The notes under the pieces were generated by a model, which searched no databases, was not told where the DNA came from, and saw nothing but the letters and a program-made list of their open reading frames with translations. From an uncultured cyanobacterium (GTDB lineage: Bacteria > Cyanobacteriota > Cyanobacteriia > PCC-6307 > Cyanobiaceae): a DNA stretch of 28,442 bases. Location: the NCBI GenBank assembly GCA_903921295.1, contig CAIXOZ010000076.1, forward strand, positions 1 through 28,442, read 5' to 3'. Below are positions 18,802-26,565 of this stretch, piece by piece. Every line of letters begins with the position of its first letter. The stretch's first letter is position 1. Both the position numbers and the translations under genes were made by a program.

Positions 18802-19192
18802 TCTGAAGCCATCGCAATGGTTCAAGTGTACTGATCCTCCAGGGGAATCGCTCTGCAGGCGGGAACCCACCGCCGTCTCCGGGAGTGCGCCAGGCCCAGC
18901 GCAACGTCGTCGGAGCACAACGTCGCCTGCCAACATCCCAGCTGCGCAAGGTCGCAGCCCAGGGGCGCCCAGGCACGGTCTCCCTGGCGCACATCCCCGA
19001 ACCACACAACCAGGCAGGCGCCGGCAGAACCGCTCGCTCGCCAGCAGCTCTCGAAAGACCCTCACCCCGTCATCCAGGCTTCGGCGAACCAGCGCCTGGT
19101 CAGGGCGAGACAAGCCTGGGCACCAGCGTCAGCGGGGACGGAACGCACCGATGGTCAGGCGAGAGCAGGACGCGGACGGCCGATGACTCCGA

Positions 19193-20155
19193 TCAGAACG
19201 GCAGTTTCTTTTTGGCATCCTTGTCGAGATCAGCCTCGAGCTCCCGCAGCCGACGCAGGATCGTGTCGTAATACTCCTTGAGGTAGTCCTCGAGCGTGGT
19301 GGTCTCGGCAGGATCGAGCCCGAAGGCTTCATAGCTGGCGTCCATCGGGGCATCCAGGCGGACGCCTCCGCCGGTGACCTCGGCAAAGGCAAGGCGCTCG
19401 GCCACATTCACGCCGGGCTCGAAGAAGGCGGCCAGCGACTGCATCAGCCTGATCAGGAAGGGCTGCACCCGGTAGCTGCGGGCGTTCCGCCCGCTGTACT
19501 TCTCACACAGCTGGGTGACCTCGGAGGTGGTCCAGGCCCGTGGGCCCACCACAGGGAACGACTGACGCACCGTCTCCGGGCGCTCCAGGGCCGCCACGGC
19601 GAAACGGGCCACATCCTGGGTGTTCATGTAGGCGATCGGCGTGGGGCTGCCACTGACCCAGACGGTCTGGTTCTCCAGCACCGGAATCGCGAACTGACCG
19701 ATCACCCCCTGCATGAAGGCCACGCCCTTGAGGATCGTGTAATCGAGCGGTGAGGCCTGCAACAGCTCCTCGATGCAGACCTTGATGTCCATCAGCGGCA
19801 CATCGCGATGCTTCTCGGCGTTGAGCAGGGAGAGAAAGACGAACCGCTTCAGGCCCTCGCGGCCACAGGCATCGAGCAGGTTGAGGGTTCCCTGCCAGTC
19901 GATCGTGTAGATGCTTTCACTGTCCGACGGCCTGGCGGTGGCCGCATCGATCACGGCGTCCTGGCCCTCGAGGGCGTAGTCGAGGCTGGCCGGTTCGAGC
20001 AGGTCACCGCGGGTGAGCTCACAGCCCCACTCCTGCAGGAAGGCAGCCTTGCGGGGCGAACGCACAACGCAGCGCACCTGATGGCCTTGATCCAGAGCTC
20101 GGCGAGCGATCTGGCGGCCGAGGGTGCCCGTTCCACCGACAACCAGAACTTTCAT
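19193..20155 (-). CDS. ycf39: Ycf39, NAD(P)-binding photosystem II assembly factor (atypical SDR)
   Basis: MKVLVVGGTGTLGRQIARRALDQG...FLQEWGCELTRGDL, PLMDIK, IAYMNTQDVARF. Confidence 0.9.
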   Translation of the reverse strand: MKVLVVGGTGTLGRQIARRALDQGHQVRCVVRSPRKAAFLQEWGCELTRGDLLEPASLDYALEGQDAVIDAATARPSDSESIYTIDWQGTLNLLDACGREGLKRFVFLSLLNAEKHRDVPLMDIKVCIEELLQASPLDYTILKGVAFMQGVIGQFAIPVLENQTVWVSGSPTPIAYMNTQDVARFAVAALERPETVRQSFPVVGPRAWTTSEVTQLCEKYSGRNARSYRVQPFLIRLMQSLAAFFEPGVNVAERLAFAEVTGGGVRLDAPMDASYEAFGLDPAETTTLEDYLKEYYDTILRRLRELEADLDKDAKKKLPF

Positions 20156-20593
20156 TTACGAGTGTTAAGGAGTGACTGAGCCTAAACGGCCGGGGATAGG
20201 GACGTGATGGTCGGCCTGGTCGACGTCTCAGGACGCCGGATCCAGCCCAGGGATCGAGCGGCGGGGGGCTGAACAGCCCTCAGGGGCCTGGGCAGCGGAT
20301 CGCCACCAGCACGACAGGGTGAACAAGCCCTCTCCTGCGCCATGGGAAGAGGCGACGCCTGGAGAGCCGGGCCCTGCAACCAGGCAGAAGTCTCCTGCAG
20401 CTCAGCGGAGTTCATAACGGTACCGCCGAAGATCGAGCCCCCAGAGTGGTCAGGGCCTGGCAACAGAGCGATGCCGCGGCGCCGATCCACGACCTGGACC
20501 ATGAACGATCACAGGCATCGATCAGGACCCGGATGGGATCCACCGATCGCCGCGTGGATCACCGACGACTCCAGCGGCCGATCCGCCGATGAC

Positions 20594-20626
20594 AGGCCTC
20601 AGGCGGGGCATCAACGCCTCAGGCCT
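20594..20626 (-). terminator. Hairpin downstream of petM (AGGCCT-C-AGGCG / CGCCT-C-AGGCCT)
   Basis: 11 paired positions with one mismatch, 17 nt past the petM stop; no U-tract, so the terminator role is weak. Confidence 0.35.
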
Positions 20627-20643
20627 TGGGCCTGGCAAGGAAT

Positions 20644-20742
20644 TCAGTCGCCCTGAACCTTCAGAAGCAAGGCACCACCGACGAGACCGACAGGGATCAG
20701 AACCCAGAACACGGCAGCGATCCCGAAGATTTCAGAGGCCAT
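20644..20742 (-). CDS. petM: Cytochrome b6f complex subunit PetM
   Basis: Hand-translated [32 protein letters not shown] (32 aa), matching the PetM pattern; not in the ORF track. Confidence 0.92.
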   Translation of the reverse strand: MASEIFGIAAVFWVLIPVGLVGGALLLKVQGD

Positions 20743-20807
20743 GGCCCTAGCGGTGAAAGGGAGTACCTGTTTAGCGTGCCAACGTCACCTTCCGGGGCTT
20801 CGCAGGC

Positions 20808-22004
20808 TCAGCTGATACGGCTCGCCACGGCAAGCAGCTCGGCCCATGGGGCCTCCGTGCGCACCTGGCCAGGCATCACGCCGCTGACACAGGCACGATG
20901 TCCCGCCTGCTCCAGGGCCGCCACCAACGCCCGCAACGGTGGCGGACCACCGCCCAGCACGCGGCCGATCGCATCGGTGGGCCAGCAGCGGGGGGTCCAG
21001 CCGTCATCGGCGACGAGGGCCCGCAGCAGGCGCTCTCCCTCCGGTCCGGCCAGCTGGCGCTGCTGCTGAACCGCCAGCATCGCCGTCAGGGTCGGCGGAT
21101 CCTGCAGCGGACCGATCCAGAGCGGGCCGCTGATCGCCAGCGGCCAGGAGCCAACCTCCAGGGTGTCGCCGCAACCGGCTGCGCAGGCCTGCCACGGTCG
21201 CAGGCTCCGCAACGACTGCTGCTGCTGATCGCCGCAGCGATGGCAATGGGCCACCAGGCCCAGCCGCTCCTCCTCCCGGCCCACCGGCCGCCGCCGCACG
21301 CGAACGGCCGTGCGGAAGGTGCGACCTTCGCTGAAGCTGAACAGGGGCGTGAGCCCCCGGCCGGCACTCCAGGCCGCACGGGCCAGCACCCCCAGTTGCA
21401 GGCGCAGCGCCAGCTCCCAGCTGGCGGGGTGGGCCCGGGCCGCTGCCCCAAGTCGCCGGATCGCCGCCGCCCGGTCGTGGCCGGTGGGGGAGCGGCCATC
21501 GGTGCTGGCCAGCACCAGGACACCGTCCAGGGCCACAGCCTCCAGGGCCAGAGGCACCAGCGCCATCGGTGACCCGAAGGCATCGAGATCGACGAGGGTG
21601 AATCGCTCCTGGCGGGCCATGCAGCCGGCGAGCAGCTTCTGGGCCCGCAGGGCGGTGATCCGCAGGATGGGCGCCGGGCTGTCGGCGCACGGCTTGGACA
21701 ATGACTGCAGATTGCGACGCAGCAGCGGCAGACGATCGGGATCAGCGTCATTGACCCAGAGCGCCGTGGCCCCGGCCTCCCGAAGCCAGCGGCAGGAGCG
21801 GATGCCACAGCCGGCCATGGCATCGAGCACCGACAACGGCGCCTCCGCTGCCAGCACGGCGCCGAGCAGCACCCCGAGATCGCGGGAGGGACGCGATTCG
21901 GGCCGGAAGAAACCGTTGCCAGGCGCCACCGCCACCAGCCCCTCCCTCCACAGCGGCGCCTCGCCGGCGGCGTTGCCCTCCTGCCAGAGTTCGCTGCTTG
22001 CCAC
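20808..22004 (-). CDS. Trm1-like tRNA (guanine-N2,N2)-dimethyltransferase homolog
   Basis: GFFRPESRPSRDLGVL, SAM motif VLDAMAGCGIRS, WVNDAD, LVDLDAFGSP, Cys cluster HCHRCG...CAAGCG, SGPLWIGPL. GTG start at 22004 is approximate. Confidence 0.85.
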   Translation of the reverse strand: MASSELWQEGNAAGEAPLWREGLVAVAPGNGFFRPESRPSRDLGVLLGAVLAAEAPLSVLDAMAGCGIRSCRWLREAGATALWVNDADPDRLPLLRRNLQSLSKPCADSPAPILRITALRAQKLLAGCMARQERFTLVDLDAFGSPMALVPLALEAVALDGVLVLASTDGRSPTGHDRAAAIRRLGAAARAHPASWELALRLQLGVLARAAWSAGRGLTPLFSFSEGRTFRTAVRVRRRPVGREEERLGLVAHCHRCGDQQQQSLRSLRPWQACAAGCGDTLEVGSWPLAISGPLWIGPLQDPPTLTAMLAVQQQRQLAGPEGERLLRALVADDGWTPRCWPTDAIGRVLGGGPPPLRALVAALEQAGHRACVSGVMPGQVRTEAPWAELLAVASRIS

Positions 22005-22013
22005 CGGCGCTCC

Positions 22014-22970
22014 GTGCCCAGCCCCTTCCAGCCTGCCTCCCGGGAGGGAACCACCAACGCCGGCGCGGACTGGGGCGAGCATGCCGTCTGGAGCTGGGGG
22101 CCCTGGCCATGCCATTGGCGTCGTCTCGGATCCCCCGAGGCTCCGCCACTGGTGCTGATCCATGGCTTCGGCAGCGGCAGCGGTCACTGGCGTCACAACG
22201 CCATCCCCCTGGCCGAAGCGGGCTGGTGCGTGTTCGCCCTCGATCTGATCGGCTTCGGGGCCTCGAGCCAACCGGGCGGTCGCCTCGACAACCGTCTCTG
22301 GGCGAGGCAGCTGGATCGCTTCCTGGCGGAGGTGGTGCAGCAACCGGCCGTGCTCGTCGGCCATTCCCTCGGCGGGCTGGTGGTGCTCAGCTGTGCGGTC
22401 TTCTTTCCGCGGCTGGTGCGCGCGGTGGTCGCGGCGCCCCTGCCCGATCCCACCCTGCTGATGCCGGTGCCCCGGAGGCGTCCACCCTGGCGGCGGCGGC
22501 TGCAGCGCTGGCTGGTGCAGGGACTGTGCCGGCTGCTGCCCCTGGAGCTTCTGGTACCCCTGCTGGCCCATTCGCCCCTGCTCGATCTGGGCATCCAGTC
22601 GGCCTATACCGCAGCGGTGATCGGCGATCGGGACCTGCATCGGCTGATCTCCCGACCGGCCCGCCGCGCCACCGCCGCCCGCAGCCTGCGGGCGATGAGC
22701 ATCGGCATGGCGCTGCGTCCACGGGCCGCCACCGCTCCGGAGCTGCTGCAGCGCCTGCAGCAGCCGCTGCTCCTGATCTGGGGGGAGCGTGACCGGCTGG
22801 TGCCGCTGCGCGTTGCCGAATCGATCCGGCAACTGCGTCCGGACACCCCTGTGGCGGTGTTGTCACACCTCGGCCACTGCCCCCACGATGAGCAGCCGGA
22901 TCCCTTCCATCGGGTGCTGATCCCATGGCTGGCCTCACTCCCCGCGGACAGAGCCGGGGCCGCCACGTAA
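22014..22970 (+). CDS. Alpha/beta-fold hydrolase
   Basis: VLIHGFGSGSGHWR, ALDLIGFGAS, GHSLGG, LIWGERDRLVP, GHCPHDE. Start is approximate. Confidence 0.9.
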   Translation: MPSPFQPASREGTTNAGADWGEHAVWSWGPWPCHWRRLGSPEAPPLVLIHGFGSGSGHWRHNAIPLAEAGWCVFALDLIGFGASSQPGGRLDNRLWARQLDRFLAEVVQQPAVLVGHSLGGLVVLSCAVFFPRLVRAVVAAPLPDPTLLMPVPRRRPPWRRRLQRWLVQGLCRLLPLELLVPLLAHSPLLDLGIQSAYTAAVIGDRDLHRLISRPARRATAARSLRAMSIGMALRPRAATAPELLQRLQQPLLLIWGERDRLVPLRVAESIRQLRPDTPVAVLSHLGHCPHDEQPDPFHRVLIPWLASLPADRAGAAT

Positions 22971-23024
22971 CTTGGGGGCACGATCCCCGGGACGCCGCCT
23001 GACGGTGGGTCCGATCTCCGTCGC

Positions 23025-23555
23025 ATGAAGCACACCCTCTCGGTGCTGGTGGAAGACGAATCCGGCGCCCTCAGCCGGATCTCAGGTCTGTTCGCCCGCC
23101 GTGGTTTCAACATCGAGAGCCTGGCTGTCGGCCCGGCGGAGCAGAAAGGCGTCTCGCGCCTGACGATGGTGGTCGCAGGAGACGATCACACCCTGAACCA
23201 GATGACCAAGCAGCTCAGCAAGCTGGTCAATGTGCTCAATGTGATCGACCTGTCGCTGGTGCCCTCGGTGGAGCGCGAGCTGATGCTGCTGAAGGTGAAG
23301 GCCCCGGCCGAGAACCGAAGCGCTATCCTCGATCTGGTGCAGGTATTTCGGGCCAAGGTGGTGGATGTGGCCGATGACGCGCTGACCCTTGAAGTGGTCG
23401 GGGATCCCGGCAAGCTGGTGGCCCTGGAACGGGTGCTCGAGTCATTCGGAATTCTCGAGATCGCCCGCACCGGTCGGGTGGCCCTGGAACGCGCCTCCGG
23501 CGTGAACACCGAATTCCTCAAGGCCGCAGCCTCCGGCACCCGGGTCCCGGCCTGA
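23025..23555 (+). CDS. ilvH: Acetolactate synthase small (regulatory) subunit (IlvH/IlvN)
   Basis: [36 protein letters not shown] (ACT domain), [19 protein letters not shown]. Confidence 0.96.
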   Translation: MKHTLSVLVEDESGALSRISGLFARRGFNIESLAVGPAEQKGVSRLTMVVAGDDHTLNQMTKQLSKLVNVLNVIDLSLVPSVERELMLLKVKAPAENRSAILDLVQVFRAKVVDVADDALTLEVVGDPGKLVALERVLESFGILEIARTGRVALERASGVNTEFLKAAASGTRVPA

Positions 23556-23575
23556 GCCAGACCCTGCCCAGCCCC

Positions 23576-23751
23576 TGCCTGGTGACCAGCGGTTGAACAG
23601 CCACCGGTTGAAAAGCAACCGGTGGCGGCGTCACAGGGAACGGCGCACCGGTTGCGGAGGCACCGGTTATGGCGCCAGTGACCTCGGAGCGACGCACCGC
23701 CGAGGGCTCCGAAGAGCCCCGCAAGACTCCTGCCTGGCGGGGCGATCGCCC
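23576..23751. repeat. Cluster of inverted repeats and ACCGGT units between convergent ilvH and the cyclophilin gene
   Basis: Perfect 11-bp stem GCCACCGGTTG-AAAAG-CAACCGGTGGC (23600-23626), further hairpins at 23642-23676, 23683-23704 and 23704-23719, and palindrome GGGCGATCGCCC at 23740-23751. Confidence 0.75.
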
Positions 23752-23797
23752 TTCATCGGCCAGCGCTGGGACGGAGGGCCGGCCTCGGGCTCAGCCA

Positions 23798-24520
23798 TCA
23801 GGGTCGAGGGGCGGCAGGCGCCTGGCCCTGATCGATCAGGGTGGCCTTGAGGATCCGATCACCCTGCTGGATCCGATCCACCACCTCCATGCCGTTCACC
23901 ACCCGGCCGAAGACGGCGTAGCGGCCATCCAGCTCGGGGAGCGACTGGAGAGCGATGTAGAACTGGGCGCTGGCCGAATCCGGGGACTGGGAGCGCGCCA
24001 TCGCCAGGGCACCGCGCTCGTGACTGAGCTGCAGCTGACGCAGCTGGGAGGGTGCCGCCAACTGCATGCCATAGCGGGGCACAGACTCCGAGCTGAGCTT
24101 GAGCTCGAGCGGGATGGAGCGCGCCCTGCCCGTGGCCGGATCAACGAAATCTCCCTGGCCGTAGGCGGTGGCTGGCACGGTCGGATCAACGCTGGTCGGA
24201 TCGCCCCCCTGCACCACGAAGGGCACCGGTTCGCGCACCACCCGGTGGAAGGCGGTGCCGTTGTAGACGCCGCGTCGGACCAGATCGAGGAAATTACCGG
24301 CAGTGAGCGGGGCCGCAGCGCCATCGAGGCGCAGCTCGATGCTGCCGCGGGTGGTCTCCAGCCGGATCAGGGCCTGACCCTGGAGGCACGGGGCCAGACC
24401 CGCGGCTCCGCAACCGACCGCCTGGGGCGCCTGTTCCGCAGCGCAGGCACTCAACAGAAATGGACCGGAAAAGACCAGCAGACCGAGGAACCCTCGGAGC
24501 AGCCATCGCTTCAGCAGCAT
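23798..24520 (-). CDS. Cyclophilin-type peptidyl-prolyl cis-trans isomerase, probable lipoprotein
   Basis: APLTAGNFLDLV, FHRVV, FVVQGGDP, GALAMARS, SASAQFYIAL, LDGRYAVFGRVVNGMEVV; N-terminal signal with lipobox LSAC. ATG at 24520 chosen. Confidence 0.92.
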   Translation of the reverse strand: MLLKRWLLRGFLGLLVFSGPFLLSACAAEQAPQAVGCGAAGLAPCLQGQALIRLETTRGSIELRLDGAAAPLTAGNFLDLVRRGVYNGTAFHRVVREPVPFVVQGGDPTSVDPTVPATAYGQGDFVDPATGRARSIPLELKLSSESVPRYGMQLAAPSQLRQLQLSHERGALAMARSQSPDSASAQFYIALQSLPELDGRYAVFGRVVNGMEVVDRIQQGDRILKATLIDQGQAPAAPRP

Positions 24521-24580
24521 CGGAAACAAGGTGCAGGACGACAAGGCAGAAACGGCCTGGAGCGGCATCAGCGACCAGCC

Positions 24581-25168
24581 TCAGACCCCATCGAGGGGAA
24601 CGCCGAGAAAGCGGGCCAGCTGGGCGCCTTCCAGCTCCAGCTGAGCCAGGGGCATCGGCTCGCCGACCCGGGTGAGGGGGAGATCGCGACGGCCCTGCAG
24701 ACGCAGGGACAACCGACGCCGGGGGCTGAGACCATCGCGGACTTCGACTTTCACCGCCTGGACATCGCGCAGGGGCAGCACCACCTCGATCACCTGGCGG
24801 AAGCCGCGTCGGCTGATCGTCACCTGACCCGAAGCCTTGTCGAAACGGTTCTGGCCGGCCCCGAGATCGATGCCGATCACCAGCCAGAGGTAGGTGCACA
24901 GCGCCATGGCCGCCAGGCCGTAGAGGCCCATCACCAGGCCCTGGGGCACCCAGATCAGTTCAGCCGGATGGCCGATCGGCAGCAGATCGATGCCGAAATA
25001 GCTGGAAGCGCTGGTGAGCACAAAGCCGAGGCCACCCGTGGTGACGAGGGAGGCCACCAGGATGTTGGAGAGCCGGCGCGAGCCGAGCACGGCCTGCTCA
25101 AGCAACTGGGAGGCCTCTGGGGTCCGGCTGGAGGCCTGGGACGGCGAAGCGGAACGCGGCGATGCCAT
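24581..25168 (-). CDS. ycf4: Photosystem I assembly protein Ycf4
   Basis: [65 protein letters not shown]. Start 25168 or 25186. Confidence 0.94.
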   Translation of the reverse strand: MASPRSASPSQASSRTPEASQLLEQAVLGSRRLSNILVASLVTTGGLGFVLTSASSYFGIDLLPIGHPAELIWVPQGLVMGLYGLAAMALCTYLWLVIGIDLGAGQNRFDKASGQVTISRRGFRQVIEVVLPLRDVQAVKVEVRDGLSPRRRLSLRLQGRRDLPLTRVGEPMPLAQLELEGAQLARFLGVPLDGV

Positions 25169-25366
25169 CAAGGGGCCATCAGACAATGGCAGCCATCCTG
25201 ACCTGTGCCGGCGGCCATCGGCACCTCCGGGTGCACGTCGCCAGGGAATCAGGGCTCCAGAGGGATGGATGGCGGCCAGGCAACGGTCGGCAAAAACGTT
25301 GGGGGGACAGGGTTGTCACTGCGGATGTCAGCCCGTTGCGACCGGGCTCGCGGTGCCGTCGAACGT

Positions 25367-25375
25367 TGTTACCAT
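25367..25375 (+). promoter_or_regulatory. Candidate extended -10 element (TG-T-TACCAT) of psbD
   Basis: Located 45 nt upstream of the psbD ATG; consensus match only. Confidence 0.4.
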
Positions 25376-25420
25376 CGCCCGGTATCCACAGCTCGCGGGT
25401 TTTCCGCACAGTTCCCACCC

Positions 25421-26479
25421 ATGACGATCGCTGCAGGGCGCGCGCCTTCAGCTCGGGGATGGTTCGACGTCCTCGATGACTGGCTCAAGCGCGACCGCTT
25501 CGTTTTTGTCGGCTGGTCCGGCCTGCTCCTGTTCCCCACCGCCTATCTGGCGTTGGGTGGCTGGCTCACCGGCACCACCTTCGTCACCTCCTGGTACACC
25601 CACGGCATTGCCAGCTCCTACCTCGAGGGCTGCAACTTCCTCACCGCTGCGGTGAGCAGCCCCGCCGATGCGATGGGCCACTCCCTGCTCCTGCTCTGGG
25701 GCCCGGAAGCTCAGGGTGATTTCGTGCGCTGGTGCCAACTCGGCGGCCTCTGGACCTTCGTGGCCCTGCACGGCGCCTTCTCCCTGATCGGCTTCATGCT
25801 CCGTCAGTTCGAGATCGCCCGCCTCGTCGGCATCCGTCCTTACAACGCCATCGCCTTCTCCGGCCCGATTGCGGTGTTCGTCAGTGTCTTCCTGATGTAC
25901 CCCCTCGGCCAGAGCAGCTGGTTCTTCGCTCCCTCCTTCGGGGTGGCTGCGATCTTCCGCTTCCTGCTCTTCCTCCAGGGCTTCCACAACTGGACCCTGA
26001 ACCCCTTCCACATGATGGGTGTGGCCGGCATTCTCGGCGGTGCTCTCCTCTGCGCCATCCATGGCGCCACCGTGGAGAACACCCTGTTCGAGGACTCCGA
26101 GCAGGCGAACACCTTCAAGGCGTTCGAACCGACTCAGGAAGAGGAGACCTATTCGATGGTCACCGCCAACCGCTTCTGGAGCCAGATCTTCGGGATCGCC
26201 TTCTCCAACAAGCGCTGGCTGCACTTCTTCATGCTGTTCGTGCCGGTGATGGGTCTGTGGACCAGCAGCATCGGCATCATCGGCCTTGCCCTCAACCTGC
26301 GCGCCTACGACTTCGTGTCGCAGGAGATCCGCGCCGCTGAGGACCCCGAATTCGAGACCTTCTACACGAAGAACATCCTTCTGAATGAGGGTCTGCGTGC
26401 CTGGATGGCACCGGCTGACCAGCCGCACGAAAACTTCGTCTTTCCTGAAGAGGTTCTGCCCCGCGGCAACGCCCTCTGA
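25421..26479 (+). CDS. psbD: Photosystem II D2 protein (352 aa)
   Basis: MTIAAGRAP...[26 protein letters not shown] (Tyr-D), [30 protein letters not shown]. Confidence 0.99.
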   Translation: MTIAAGRAPSARGWFDVLDDWLKRDRFVFVGWSGLLLFPTAYLALGGWLTGTTFVTSWYTHGIASSYLEGCNFLTAAVSSPADAMGHSLLLLWGPEAQGDFVRWCQLGGLWTFVALHGAFSLIGFMLRQFEIARLVGIRPYNAIAFSGPIAVFVSVFLMYPLGQSSWFFAPSFGVAAIFRFLLFLQGFHNWTLNPFHMMGVAGILGGALLCAIHGATVENTLFEDSEQANTFKAFEPTQEEETYSMVTANRFWSQIFGIAFSNKRWLHFFMLFVPVMGLWTSSIGIIGLALNLRAYDFVSQEIRAAEDPEFETFYTKNILLNEGLRAWMAPADQPHENFVFPEEVLPRGNAL

Positions 26480-26501
26480 TTCCAGGGTTTCGATCGCCTG
26501 G

Positions 26502-26530
26502 AAGGGGGCCCGTCAGGGTTCCCTTTTTTT
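26502..26530 (+). terminator. Intrinsic terminator after psbD
   Basis: AAGGGGGCCC-GTCA-GGGTTCCCTT stem (two G-U pairs) followed by a T run to 26530. It is preceded by a second hairpin TTCCAGG...CCTGGAA (26480-26503). Confidence 0.85.
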
Positions 26531-26565
26531 ATGGTCGGCGATGGGGCCTGGTTTTGGCCCTGGCT

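Noticed and set aside
22005-22832. Long N-terminal extension of the Trm1-like ORF (674 aa in the track)
   Set aside because: It is antisense to the alpha/beta hydrolase; methyltransferase similarity begins only near 22000.
23518-23724. 68-aa minus ORF with TGA/QPV peptide repeats
   Set aside because: Its repeats are just the translation of the DNA inverted repeats, and it overlaps the ilvH 3' end.
25448-26428. 326-aa antisense ORF inside psbD
   Set aside because: Shadow frame caused by strong C-ending codon bias in a highly expressed gene; no recognisable motifs.
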